A stretch of DNA of 62,785 nucleotides. It comes from a virus (taxonomy: Duplodnaviria > Caudoviricetes). Every line of letters begins with the position of its first letter. Positions within the stretch are counted from its first letter, which is position 1. The notes under the pieces were generated by a model. It saw only the letters and a list, made by a program, of their open reading frames with translations, was not told the origin of the DNA and made no database searches. This document shows, one piece after another, positions 52,382 to 61,864 of this stretch. Position numbers and translations under genes: made by a program. The stretch is taken from positions 1-62,785 of IMG/VR virus record IMGVR_UViG_3300035128_000038. One strand, given 5' to 3'.

Positions 52382-54372
52382 TGTCTCGTCTCGAAATACG
52401 GCCCTTCGGCCTTTTTGAACTTCTCATAGTCGGCGTCTGAGAGACTGAGAAGCTGCTCAATCTGCATAAGCTCATCGTCTCTGAACAGACCCGTATCCTT
52501 GAGCCTCTGCATCGCCATACCCAGAGGGCCAGCCCGGAGACGCATAAGCAACGCCTGTTTGTTGGTGACCTCGGGGAAATATTCCAGTAGTGCCTCCACA
52601 TCAAGGGCGCCGCCCTCAAACAGCTTTAGCGCCTGTTCCCTCTGAGCCCAGCGGTTCGTGGGCAGGGTGGAACCAGCCTCTACCTTAAACCTGTAAGTTC
52701 CCTGATAAATCTGGTCGGTCCCGGTAAAGGGTATCTCTTCCTCGTTGTTGTCCCCGGTTCGAAGGATGCGCTGCACGGTAAACCAGTTCTGGCCCAGGGA
52801 GACGTACATCAACCCTTTTTCCTCAACGCTTTGGTCGATGCCCCGGATTTTTTCCCGGATTATTATTTGGGCCTTCTCCTGCAGGGTGGCGATGGCCACC
52901 CCCGAGGTGACCCCCGTGGGCCTGCGCCCTTCGCTCACATCGGTCAACCCGGTGATGATTTCCACAATGCGGAGCAGGGATTGAATATATTCGTTGTAGT
53001 CCTGTGGCAGGTTGGGAACGTCCAGAAACCGAATGCCGGCCGCCAGGGAAGCTACCGGCTCCCATATCCGAGAGGGAGCATTGGTGACGTAGAAGCGGTT
53101 GACCCCGCAGGCCTGCGGGAGAATAAGGGGTGGGAGGGCTGAGTTATCTAAATGTGCAGCGATCTTGGAGATTTTCTTGCTGATTTCAATGACCAAAGGC
53201 TCTATTTGTTCCACCACGCTCAAGCCGTATTCGGAAATGCCATCTGACAGGGAATACCGCTTGATAAACGGAAATTTGTCCCACAGGTAACATTGGCTGG
53301 CCACCTCACGGGGCAGGTCCGGGTTGATGCTCGGGTTGGGCTTGTCGTCCAGGACCAGCTCGCCGTTGTTGGTCACCGCGATGAAGCGGATGTAGCCAGG
53401 ATATTTGCTTTGCCAGACCGGCTCTATGGGGACTCTGACTGTCTGCTGGGTTGCAGGGTCAATCTGTTCTGCGAATAATTCCTCCCCCTCGGCCACTTCC
53501 TGGCCGGTGTTGGGATCAACCCAACTGCCGGAGTAGTCCTTGACCCACAATTTGACCACCAGGGCCCGCTTAACTTCGACGCTGCGCCCCGCCTGGTCGC
53601 TTCCCGGGGAATCCGGTTCGTAATCCGGTATGTCTGTCCCAGGCTGCCCCCCCACCAGACGGCGCTGGGTGGACTGCGTACCCCTGATTTTGTCCCGCTC
53701 TTCCCCAAACAGGTCGGAATATTCCCGGTTGTATTTCACCGAACCTTCTTCGATGTCCCAGGTCCGGTAAATCTCAGCCAGTTCCATGGGGTCAAGAATG
53801 GCCACCATGGGAGATTTCTGCAGGTCAACCGCCTTGGGCCAGAAAAGAGTCTGGAAAACATCCAGGAGATCTACCACCACCTCGCCGGCGCCGCCCTCAG
53901 CCCCGGGGTCGAAGCGCATCATCTCGGTGGCTAAACCGTACAGTTCTGAATTGTGGGTTGACTCCTGCAGGACGAATTGCTGATCGGTCTGCTCCCACCA
54001 ATCATCAACCGAAGCCTGCCAGGCTTTGGCGCCCTCGGTGGAAGCGTCTGAGGAGGGTCTGAGGTCAACCCGGGGTTTGTTGTCGGTGAGGTTGGCTTTG
54101 AGGGTATTGACTGTCTTGAACACCAAGTTGACGGGAACCTGGGCGTATGAGGACTTGGCCCGGAAAAAACGGCCGCGGTAGAGTTCGTGAAACCTCAACC
54201 AGAGGGAAGGCAACTGCAGGCGGTCCCGGTGGCGCTTCATAATTTTCATCATGCGCCAGCACCAGGGACCGACCTCTTTAGAGCCCTCGGGCGGGGGCTG
54301 AGTCTCCCAATCTGGATGCTGCCTCTGGTCGAGGGATTCTATGGCGGATAAAGAGGATGCCGGTTCAGCCAC
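52378..54372 (-). CDS. Portal protein (P22-like)
   Basis: 664 aa; N.....VNTLKANLTDNKP, FPF......YGLSVVE, TG..D...G....GVTSG.AI..LQE, EAGSTLP. Confidence 0.85.
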   Translation of the reverse strand: MAEPASSLSAIESLDQRQHPDWETQPPPEGSKEVGPWCWRMMKIMKRHRDRLQLPSLWLRFHELYRGRFFRAKSSYAQVPVNLVFKTVNTLKANLTDNKPRVDLRPSSDASTEGAKAWQASVDDWWEQTDQQFVLQESTHNSELYGLATEMMRFDPGAEGGAGEVVVDLLDVFQTLFWPKAVDLQKSPMVAILDPMELAEIYRTWDIEEGSVKYNREYSDLFGEERDKIRGTQSTQRRLVGGQPGTDIPDYEPDSPGSDQAGRSVEVKRALVVKLWVKDYSGSWVDPNTGQEVAEGEELFAEQIDPATQQTVRVPIEPVWQSKYPGYIRFIAVTNNGELVLDDKPNPSINPDLPREVASQCYLWDKFPFIKRYSLSDGISEYGLSVVEQIEPLVIEISKKISKIAAHLDNSALPPLILPQACGVNRFYVTNAPSRIWEPVASLAAGIRFLDVPNLPQDYNEYIQSLLRIVEIITGLTDVSEGRRPTGVTSGVAIATLQEKAQIIIREKIRGIDQSVEEKGLMYVSLGQNWFTVQRILRTGDNNEEEIPFTGTDQIYQGTYRFKVEAGSTLPTNRWAQREQALKLFEGGALDVEALLEYFPEVTNKQALLMRLRAGPLGMAMQRLKDTGLFRDDELMQIEQLLSLSDADYEKFKKAEGPYFETRH

Positions 54373-54519
54373 GCTCAGTGATGTTCATGACATTCTCCTC
54401 CTGTGATTGGTCGTGCTGGTCTTCCCTGGTATCAACCGGACGGCGGTGCTGTTCCGGCACCTGCCACATTTCCGGTTCGCCGTCGGGCCGGTCACCGCCT
54501 ATGGGAACGTGGTCGCCTT

Positions 54520-54840
54520 TTACCATGGATAAGACCCCTTCTCCATCATGTCTTTATACATAGGAGCAAAAAAGTCGGTAAGTTCAATGCCAAAATCCTT
54601 AAAAAACTTTTCGCAACGGTTACACATAAATAAATTATCGCCTGGGGCAAGATAGCCGACGGTAGCAATGTCACCGCAACGACACCTCGTGTATCTCGGA
54701 ACGGCTATTTTTAATAAAGATGAGCATTCTTTCAGCCTTTCAAGCCACATATCAAGAAGGTGCTGTTTTTTGGCTTGATAATATTCAAGTTCTTTTTGGG
54801 AAGTGAACCAAATGGAACCCATCCACTTAAAGGCAGCCAA
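54520..54840 (-). CDS. Hypothetical zinc-finger protein
   Basis: CRCG...CNRC. Confidence 0.5.
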   Translation of the reverse strand: MAAFKWMGSIWFTSQKELEYYQAKKQHLLDMWLERLKECSSLLKIAVPRYTRCRCGDIATVGYLAPGDNLFMCNRCEKFFKDFGIELTDFFAPMYKDMMEKGSYPW

Positions 54841-55020
54841 TTACGTCGCCCTCCGCATCATAAATTTAAAGAAAGACATATCATAGCCATGTTTGTTTAA
54901 TTCAAACACAGCCTCAAGGGAGAAAAACGCCTCAACCTCGCCGCGCCTGTCAAGGCATTCAAAGCGATAGGTGGCTGGATTATAAAACCAGCCTGTGTTA
55001 CTACCAACAGAAACAGCCAA

Positions 55021-55260
55021 CTACTTCGCCCTCCGCATCCCCTTAACTTGGCCATACTGACGCATTCCGGCCTTGTGCTGCCGAGCGCCGCTCTTGCCGG
55101 GGTGGCCAGCCAGGCGCTTACCTTCGCTTTTGACGTGCCAGTCTTTAGACCCGGGTTTCCCGGCGTTGATGGAGGCATAAAATACTTCTTCCCCCTTTTT
55201 AGGACCATACTCCGCTTTCATGGCCGCGAGGACCTTTTCGCCTTCGTCAGTCAGGGGCAT
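55021..55260 (-). CDS. Conserved small basic phage protein
   Basis: MPLT..GEK...AM..EYG.KKGEEVFYASIN.G. Confidence 0.75.
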   Translation of the reverse strand: MPLTDEGEKVLAAMKAEYGPKKGEEVFYASINAGKPGSKDWHVKSEGKRLAGHPGKSGARQHKAGMRQYGQVKGMRRAK

Positions 55261-55672
55261 GTGCAGCCTCCTTGGTCATCGAACAACCCTTTTTATGGAA
55301 CTGAATTTTGCCCGACCGGGCTGCCTTAGCGCCGCACTCGGGACACGTTACCTTATCTTCTTGAAGAACTTTTTCGCTTTTGTCAACAACTTTGGTGACA
55401 TCTGGCAATTCCACGACCTCCTGGGTGCGTGTCCCGATCTGCACCAGAACCTTTTGTTGTATCTGTCCCTGACCGTCCATGAGGAACGGAAAGCCGTAGC
55501 AATGGGGACAGAGAGCCGAGGCGGTCACCGGCCCCCGAAGGATTACGAAGTCTTTGGGGAGGATAAGTTTGAACATCTCCCCCCGGAGCGGCTGGTGAAA
55601 GTCGTCATCGGCTACCGAGAAAACGGGGTATTTGCAGGTGAAGCAGGCGATGGTTTTCATTTTAACGTCCAT
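55247..55672 (-). CDS. Zinc-finger hypothetical protein
   Basis: CFTC, CPHC, CPECG...H...C. Confidence 0.6.
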   Translation of the reverse strand: MDVKMKTIACFTCKYPVFSVADDDFHQPLRGEMFKLILPKDFVILRGPVTASALCPHCYGFPFLMDGQGQIQQKVLVQIGTRTQEVVELPDVTKVVDKSEKVLQEDKVTCPECGAKAARSGKIQFHKKGCSMTKEAAHAPD

Positions 55673-55854
55673 GTTTTTATTGCTTCTCTAAGGGGAAGTT
55701 CGTTGCAATCATCAAAAGATACGCTATGAAGTTCTAAACCTACCAGCTCTCCCCCGATATAACATAATGGCTTAAACTGCACTTCCACCAATTCAGCATC
55801 ATTGGGAACCTCAACCCCAAAGTCCTTGCCTAAACCGTGAAATATAATTTTCAT
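55657..55854 (-). CDS. Hypothetical protein
   Basis: ATGA coupling. Confidence 0.5.
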   Translation of the reverse strand: MKIIFHGLGKDFGVEVPNDAELVEVQFKPLCYIGGELVGLELHSVSFDDCNELPLREAIKTWTLK

Positions 55855-56306
55855 CGTTCCCTATCCTTTTTAAGCGTCTCCTGCACTAATTCCTCTGCAA
55901 CGTCCCCCTCCGGTGGCACAGACGACGGCTCCTGATAGTCGGGGTGGTAGGGCCGGGCCAGGGGCGACAACCCTCTCCAATCAGCTCCCCGGGGCAAGCC
56001 CTCATCCTCCGACGGCCCGAAGATGTCACCATAACCTGAGTCCAAGACCGCCTCCCGCTCCCCAGGAGACAGGGAACGGGGCGGGGGAGACTGGAGAGTT
56101 CGCATAATGTCAAAGGCCACCCTAACGCCAGCCAGAGCGTCCATAGCGCCCTGGGAAGGGGACACCGGGAGGCCTGAGATGCCACCCACCAGGGGAGAGT
56201 TGAACAAAGCGGAGTCGGCGCAGGAGGAACAAAAGTCCTTCCCGTGGCGCTTGATGCCCTCGGTGTCGCAGAACTGGCCGCATTTGTAGCATCTAGAGGG
56301 CATCAA
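55851..56306 (-). CDS. Zinc-finger hypothetical protein
   Basis: CYKCG...FCSSC. Confidence 0.55.
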   Translation of the reverse strand: MMPSRCYKCGQFCDTEGIKRHGKDFCSSCADSALFNSPLVGGISGLPVSPSQGAMDALAGVRVAFDIMRTLQSPPPRSLSPGEREAVLDSGYGDIFGPSEDEGLPRGADWRGLSPLARPYHPDYQEPSSVPPEGDVAEELVQETLKKDRER

Positions 56307-56481
56307 GTTTTTCCTTTATGGCGGCCAATATTTGATTGGTCGTGCTTAGGGTCTCAATCAATGCCAACTGTGATAGGCGATTAAGGTCAAGGGCAACATA
56401 CTGTTCGCCAGTTAACGGAACGCCCCTCTTTATCCTGTCAAGGGCGTCTGACATTTCTGCTATAATGTCCATATTCTGCAC
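56293..56481 (-). CDS. Hypothetical protein
   Basis: Operon-oriented ORF. Confidence 0.5.
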   Translation of the reverse strand: MQNMDIIAEMSDALDRIKRGVPLTGEQYVALDLNRLSQLALIETLSTTNQILAAIKEKLDAL

Positions 56482-56482
56482 T

Positions 56483-56755
56483 TTACAGCCATGGTGATCC
56501 CATATCGTTTTTGTTTTTGATGAAATCGCCTATTTCTTTTAATCGTTCTGCTGCAATAAAGATAGCTGCGTAATCCGTTGACAAACCCATCACCCCACCA
56601 ACTTCTGGCCGCAGCATTACCCTGATATATCTTGGCAATGGATTGTCCTTGATATATTCAGCAACTTCAAAAAGTGCTTCAGACAGATCAGAATACAAGG
56701 CCCCCAGTCGCCCTGATTCCTCCAAAATTTCATCAGGTTCTTTATCTTTCTCCAC
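56483..56755 (-). CDS. Hypothetical protein
   Basis: Operon-oriented ORF. Confidence 0.5.
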   Translation of the reverse strand: MEKDKEPDEILEESGRLGALYSDLSEALFEVAEYIKDNPLPRYIRVMLRPEVGGVMGLSTDYAAIFIAAERLKEIGDFIKNKNDMGSPWL

Positions 56756-56981
56756 TGTCTTCCTTCCCCTTCTTTTCCGGCTCCTGGGGCTTGTTTACCG
56801 GGCTTTTCCAGACCTCTTTGCCACACTCGAAGCAGACGTATTTCACCCGCTTCTCGCCGGACACGGGTCGGAGCCGCAACGGAACCCCCCGGTCCATCTT
56901 GGAGGGGGCGTAAAATTTGGCGGCCTCGATTTGCACCAGATAATCACTACCACACCTGCATTTTAGGGATGCTTCTGCCAT
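56742..56981 (-). CDS. Zinc-ribbon hypothetical protein
   Basis: CRCGS...CFECG. Confidence 0.6.
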   Translation of the reverse strand: MAEASLKCRCGSDYLVQIEAAKFYAPSKMDRGVPLRLRPVSGEKRVKYVCFECGKEVWKSPVNKPQEPEKKGKEDSGER

Positions 56982-56984
56982 GAT

Positions 56985-57239
56985 TTATCCTTTCTTTTGG
57001 TAAACAATAACGAAATTTTTAATTCCCATATCAGCCAAAAAGGCGTCTTCCATGCCCATTAACCACGGAACATGCTGCATACATAAATTCAAATATTCTT
57101 CTTCTCCCACCAATTTAGGCTTTTCGTAGTTTTTATACAGATAGGCTAACACTTTGTGGTTATTTATCCATCCTTTATCAATCAGACATATATCGAAATC
57201 AGCATTTAACACGTCACGGTCAATTTCATAGGGACGCAT
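56985..57239 (-). CDS. Hypothetical protein
   Basis: AT-rich operon-oriented ORF. Confidence 0.55.
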   Translation of the reverse strand: MRPYEIDRDVLNADFDICLIDKGWINNHKVLAYLYKNYEKPKLVGEEEYLNLCMQHVPWLMGMEDAFLADMGIKNFVIVYQKKG

Positions 57240-57242
57240 ATC

Positions 57243-57659
57243 TCAATACCCCTCATAGCCTCTTTTTATTCTATATTCTATTCTGCCAACAATCTGATCT
57301 ATTCTCGATCTGGATAAGTGATATTTCCTAGCAAGGTCTGCCTTTTTGTACCCTTGGACATAATCACTGTAAATGTCCTTGTTTCTTTTTTGGTGGCTCG
57401 AATAATCCCTTATCTTTTTATCGCAAGTATGAATGTTTTCCCAACCAATTATCTGCCTTAGTCTAGCCCCTCCAAGCAGGAACATCTTTGACAATTCTTC
57501 TAAGGTGGCCTCCTTGGCAAGGTACAAAGACCTTATCTTCAAGTTTCGATGATAATGAGGAGACACATGAACTCTATTAACGTGACCACATGTGGGGCAT
57601 TTGCCAGTTTCAATTATCCAATCGCTGTCTTTGGAAAATCTTGGAAAACTTTTCATCAA
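57243..57659 (-). CDS. Tandem-HTH (Mor-like) DNA-binding protein
   Basis: Two copies of RN..I...Y....T/K..ELA/S..F/Y.L...R..QI. Confidence 0.6.
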   Translation of the reverse strand: MMKSFPRFSKDSDWIIETGKCPTCGHVNRVHVSPHYHRNLKIRSLYLAKEATLEELSKMFLLGGARLRQIIGWENIHTCDKKIRDYSSHQKRNKDIYSDYVQGYKKADLARKYHLSRSRIDQIVGRIEYRIKRGYEGY

Positions 57660-58324
57660 TACCCCCTCAACCCTTCACCGTAGTCGCTCATCAACTTCGC
57701 CTCCAGTTCAGCACCCTCAGGCGCAGCGTAGTTAAAACGATCTTCCTCGAACCCTCCCGGCTGAGAGGCGTCCTCGATGACCCGGGCCAGGAAGTTCTTG
57801 GGTTTATTGGTGGTTTCCAACTGCAGCCAAAGCTGAAGGGCCGCGGCCAGGTAGCCCAGGGCGGCCACCGGCGGGTATTTCTCTATCTGGATGGGTTTGT
57901 CCTGGGGGAGGTTGCGAATATGTCCCCGGATCGGAGAGTCGCCCAGGAATAGAACCTGTTTGTCCAGCCGAGTAAGCTCACGCACCGCCTGAAAGCACAG
58001 GGAAGACAGGTCGCCTTTATCCACATAGGGCGGGGGAGTCAGGGGAATAGCGTCGTCGGTCTTGGAACCTTCGTAGAAAGCCCCTACCAGCCCTTCGCTG
58101 GAAGTGTCGGCGTAGAAGGCGTGGGGTTCAAGGGCTTTGTGCAGGACCACACACCTCTCCCGGAGGGCCTGGAGGCCTATCTCCTCGAACTCGGTCTCTA
58201 TCTCGGCCCTGTAGGGCGAATCAGGCACCTCGTTGTCCCAGGTCACCCGAACCACCAGGGCATAAGCCGGCCGGAGATGGAAGGGCCACGCTATCGAAGC
58301 GAAGTATTTAGTTGCTTGGGCCAT
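57656..58324 (-). CDS. Hypothetical protein, possible RNase H-fold terminase-nuclease paralog
   Basis: SIAWP...AYALVV...FYAD pattern; coupled to terL. Confidence 0.45.
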   Translation of the reverse strand: MAQATKYFASIAWPFHLRPAYALVVRVTWDNEVPDSPYRAEIETEFEEIGLQALRERCVVLHKALEPHAFYADTSSEGLVGAFYEGSKTDDAIPLTPPPYVDKGDLSSLCFQAVRELTRLDKQVLFLGDSPIRGHIRNLPQDKPIQIEKYPPVAALGYLAAALQLWLQLETTNKPKNFLARVIEDASQPGGFEEDRFNYAAPEGAELEAKLMSDYGEGLRGY

Positions 58325-59901
58325 TAGAGATCACACCCCTCCCAGAAAGCCACCTTGCCGTAACTCCGGGCCATGACCTCGTAGTTAAAAGCATGCCGGA
58401 AGTGCTCCACGCCCAGCTTGACGTAGACATACTCTTTAGAGCCGGTGTCTTCGTCCTCTTCCAGCTTCTTAGCGACGTTGTGCAACTGCTTGGCGAACTC
58501 CCGGGTGATGGCGCTTTCCCGGGGCAGCCCCACCTGGGCCTTGCTGATCTCCGCATGGCTGGCGTCCAGGCTTTCGGTGCGGTTGCAGGCCACCGTCAGG
58601 TCCTTCTCGTTCCACTTGTAGGCGCCTTTCTGGTGGCGCAGGTAGTAGTTAAGAAAGACTCGACCCCGGAACCGCTTGGCGAACTCCCGGGCGTTCCTGG
58701 TCTCCGGCAGGGCATCCACCACGCAGCGGGCCACGTTGAACCGGTTCATCAGGTCGTCAATCTCCTCCCAGTCCCGGTAAATCTCCAGGTGGACGATCCG
58801 GTCCCGGCCCCCGCCCCGCTTCCCAATGACCACATGGAGGTCTTTGCCCTGGTCCACGCCCATGTAGCAGGGCCCGGGGTCGGATGAGGCTATCCCTTCG
58901 TTGCCACACAGGGCCAGGACCTCTTCCACACTCAAACGGTTCTCCGCCTCGATCCAGGCCACGCCGATTTGCAGGTTGTAAAGGTCCCGGAGGTTATCGG
59001 CAGTCTGAAAAGCCTTGAGGATCTCAGCAGCCGGCACGAAGTGAGAGAACAGCTGCGAGTAGTGGTAACCCCTGACCTCAGTCACCCTGGGCCGCCTGGC
59101 CACCCACTCGCCGGCGTCCAGGTCAAGCTCGGTCTCGCATTTCTCACAGACCCTTAGCACCTGGTCCCCCACCACCTTGAAGCATCGGGGGATCTCCGGC
59201 GGCTTGTACTCCATGAATATCTCTGTCAGGTTGTTGTAATGGCCGCACCCGGGGCATTTCAGGAGCCAGTACCGTTGGTCAGTCTCCTGCCAGGCCTTGT
59301 CGATGCCGTAGTCCGGCAGGGTGGGGTTGGACAATTTGAGGCTCTCCCGGAACTCAGAGTGACCCATGCGCTGCATGGCCATGGCAATCCGATCCTGGGG
59401 GGCCTCGTCAAGCTCGTCAAACACGATCAGGTCAACCGGGATGGATTTCAGGCCCACTGTGCTCACCATGCCCCTCAAATATAACATCGCCGTGTCCACC
59501 CGCTTTATCCCAGCCGCATCCGTGTCGCTGATCCAGGTCCCCAGGGTGTCAGGATTGTCATCAATAAGCGGCGAGATCCGACCCCGGGAGAAGTCAAGTA
59601 CGTCGGTCTTGCTGGGGAACAGGTACAGGATGCCCTTGTAGCCGCCGTATTTGGCGCCGTAAAAAGCCCGGAGCATGGCTTTAGTGGTCAGGCCCATCTG
59701 GGCGGCCTTGAGCTCTACCTGGTTGGGGTGGGTATCGGTGTAGGGGAGGCGAAGAAACTCGTGCTTGTGGAAGGTAAAGGGGCGGCCGTCGAGGATGACG
59801 GGGGTTGATTCGGCCCAGGAGGATAGCGTTGCGTCTGGTTGGTGCTTAATTCTCAGATAATTCGCTATTCCTGTTTCTAATGTCCTCAAGCAGGGCTGCA
59901 A
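58324..59901 (-). CDS. terL: Terminase large subunit (GpA-like)
   Basis: KAAQMGLT Walker A, FDELD Walker B, SNPT, CPGC/CEKC, MGVDQG nuclease; AGGAGG 6 nt before TTG 59901. Confidence 0.92.
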   Translation of the reverse strand: MQPCLRTLETGIANYLRIKHQPDATLSSWAESTPVILDGRPFTFHKHEFLRLPYTDTHPNQVELKAAQMGLTTKAMLRAFYGAKYGGYKGILYLFPSKTDVLDFSRGRISPLIDDNPDTLGTWISDTDAAGIKRVDTAMLYLRGMVSTVGLKSIPVDLIVFDELDEAPQDRIAMAMQRMGHSEFRESLKLSNPTLPDYGIDKAWQETDQRYWLLKCPGCGHYNNLTEIFMEYKPPEIPRCFKVVGDQVLRVCEKCETELDLDAGEWVARRPRVTEVRGYHYSQLFSHFVPAAEILKAFQTADNLRDLYNLQIGVAWIEAENRLSVEEVLALCGNEGIASSDPGPCYMGVDQGKDLHVVIGKRGGGRDRIVHLEIYRDWEEIDDLMNRFNVARCVVDALPETRNAREFAKRFRGRVFLNYYLRHQKGAYKWNEKDLTVACNRTESLDASHAEISKAQVGLPRESAITREFAKQLHNVAKKLEEDEDTGSKEYVYVKLGVEHFRHAFNYEVMARSYGKVAFWEGCDL

Positions 59902-60328
59902 GCTCGTCCTCCTGGAGATCGTCCAGTGATTTTATTTTTCTGATTTCCACCTTGTCGGTGAACATTTTCAAATGACGCCCAAGTAATTCGAGGGCTTTGT
60001 TAGCGCCAGATGCCTCGAAGCGAAACTCACCAGTAGGGTTTCCTTCCTTATCCAGAACTTCCACAGCCTGTACACAGCGTTCATGGACGTTTAGCAATCC
60101 CTTGATCACATAATCTTGGTCAACCTGTGTTCGCTCTTCCCGTTTTCTTAGTTGTCGGTCAATTTCTGCTGAGATTAGAGTTTTTTGTAGTAACTGCCAA
60201 CCTATATATCCAGCCATGCGCTTGCTATATCCAGCCCGTATCGCCGCCTGCGTGGCATTAAGGTCGATGATGTATTCCTGAACAAATCTCTTCTGCTTCG
60301 GATTCAGCTTGCGCTTTTTAGTTTCCAT
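59846..60328 (-). CDS. terS: Terminase small subunit
   Basis: KQKRFVQEYIIDLNATQAAIRAGYS...ANKALELLGRHL.MF. Confidence 0.95.
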   Translation of the reverse strand: METKKRKLNPKQKRFVQEYIIDLNATQAAIRAGYSKRMAGYIGWQLLQKTLISAEIDRQLRKREERTQVDQDYVIKGLLNVHERCVQAVEVLDKEGNPTGEFRFEASGANKALELLGRHLKMFTDKVEIRKIKSLDDLQEDELAALLEDIRNRNSELSEN

Positions 60329-60334
60329 GACCCT

Positions 60335-60372
60335 AAAAAGCGGGCCTCCCGGTTCCGGTATCCGAGAGGCCC
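60335..60372 (-). terminator. Terminator-like hairpin directly upstream of terS
   Basis: GGGCCTCTCGG-9 nt-CCGGGAGGCCC-GCTTTTT. Confidence 0.6.
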
Positions 60373-60463
60373 TTGTCAAAAGGAGGGTTAGAGGTTGATG
60401 AGGTGCTACTATGTGAAGAAGGAGGAACCATGCAATTCTAGTAAAGCCTCTTTTTTCATGTTG

Positions 60464-60742
60464 TCAAGGTTTTTGGTGACAATTTCCCTCCACCTTATGA
60501 CCATTTCGTAGTTTTTTCACCAACTTCCTCGCATACTTCCGGGCCGCCGGGACCCAGGGTTCATCCCGCTCGACGACAATTTCGATGTACTGTTCCAAAA
60601 ATGCAATCCTGACCTCCGGTGAAGCGTCTCGCCCGACTCGATGGGTTCCAAGGTTGTCTAAAAACATCTTCTCATCCCTGAGACCGTAGGGACGGCTGGG
60701 GTTTTTGGATTCGAGTCGGCGCTTAGTCAAACTCACCCCCAC
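60464..60742 (-). CDS. Hypothetical protein
   Basis: Operon-oriented ORF. Confidence 0.5.
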   Translation of the reverse strand: MGVSLTKRRLESKNPSRPYGLRDEKMFLDNLGTHRVGRDASPEVRIAFLEQYIEIVVERDEPWVPAARKYARKLVKKLRNGHKVEGNCHQKP

Positions 60743-60759
60743 AACTGCGTGTTAAGCCC

Positions 60760-61224
60760 TTAGTTATCAGTTCTCCTGGCAAACTCTGCCAAAAGCAATG
60801 CCTCGGCCCGATTATGATCTTTCTTTCGCTTGAGCTTGTCAGCCATTTGGGGGAAAATGCGCCTTGCCCGGTCCCGGCTCATTTCCTTGGTGTCTCCTTT
60901 GGGCATGGAGTCGAATATTAGCTTTTTCCACTTCCGGGGGGTCACGTAGTCAAAAGGAATGCCCAAGGCTTCCAGTCTACCTATCCAGGTTCCGAAATTA
61001 ACTCCGAATTTAAATGTGCTGGATAGTCCCTGTTTCGGCATGGCTGACACTTTTTCGATAATAGCTTTCATTTTAAAACCGTCATCGTCTGCGAGCATCT
61101 TTAGCCATTCCAGACATTCACCATCTTCAAAGTCTAAAATCTGGCATGTTGTTTTTGGGTCGGGATAGATAACTGCCATGGCCCCCGTAGCTCCTGGATC
61201 TATACCGATGTAGATTTTTTTCAT
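60760..61224 (-). CDS. RuvC-like Holliday junction resolvase
   Basis: IGIDPG..GA, IEKV..MP.QG..S.F.FG..FG, VTP..WKK, AEALL. Confidence 0.85.
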   Translation of the reverse strand: MKKIYIGIDPGATGAMAVIYPDPKTTCQILDFEDGECLEWLKMLADDDGFKMKAIIEKVSAMPKQGLSSTFKFGVNFGTWIGRLEALGIPFDYVTPRKWKKLIFDSMPKGDTKEMSRDRARRIFPQMADKLKRKKDHNRAEALLLAEFARRTDN

Positions 61225-61242
61225 TTTTTTTGCATTTTTTCC

Positions 61243-61276
61243 TTGACATACGGGAAACCCCGTATTATCCTATAAT
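61243..61276 (+). promoter_or_regulatory. Promoter with a palindromic operator in the spacer
   Basis: TTGACA (61243-48)-N17-TATCCT (61266-71); ATACGGG-AAAC-CCCGTAT at 61248-61265. Confidence 0.75.
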
Positions 61277-61302
61277 TAACAAAACGACAGGAGGATAATC
61301 CG

Positions 61303-61527
61303 ATGACCAACGCCAGAACCAAATTGTTAATTTATTGGGACACAAGCGATCCCCAAGACAACGGCTGGGCTTATCAATATTGGGGCTATGATGATGCTGG
61401 GTATATGTCCAACGTTGATTCTGGAGGGCTTTCCAACACCAACTTTGAAGCCTCAGACAAAGAACTTCTTGAAGAGGGAAAAACTCTCGGCTATACATTC
61501 GATGAATTTGAAATTGTAAGACAATGA
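61303..61527 (+). CDS. Acidic hypothetical protein, first gene of a counter-oriented cassette
   Basis: AGGAGG RBS; ATGA-coupled to the HTH gene. Confidence 0.75.
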   Translation: MTNARTKLLIYWDTSDPQDNGWAYQYWGYDDAGYMSNVDSGGLSNTNFEASDKELLEEGKTLGYTFDEFEIVRQ

Positions 61528-61721
61528 CCCCCGCTGACCTCAAAGCCATCCGCCGCCGCCTGGGCCTCACCCAAAAGGGTCTGGCCCAGGCTCTCACCAA
61601 TCTGGATTGTCCCACCTCTCCCCGCACCGTGGAGGGGTGGGAGCAGGGCCACCCTCGGACCCCTATTCCCCGGTGGTTGCCTGCTGTCATCCAGCTCATG
61701 TTAATGGCCTCCCCGGAATAA
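61524..61721 (+). CDS. XRE HTH protein (MqsA/HigA C-terminal-like)
   Basis: MTPADLKAIRRRLGLTQKGLA...RTVEGWEQG. Confidence 0.85.
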   Translation: MTPADLKAIRRRLGLTQKGLAQALTNLDCPTSPRTVEGWEQGHPRTPIPRWLPAVIQLMLMASPE

Positions 61722-61864
61722 CTCCCACTTCTCCCAAGGTTTGGGGCAGACCTCAATTCCTGCCCCGCATTTCTCATTCTCCCAGTGCCAGCATTGCCAG
61801 GTATTCAGGGGCGGCTCGCTTTGGCACCATGGGATATAAATTGGGCAGTCTTGTTTTAATTCAC

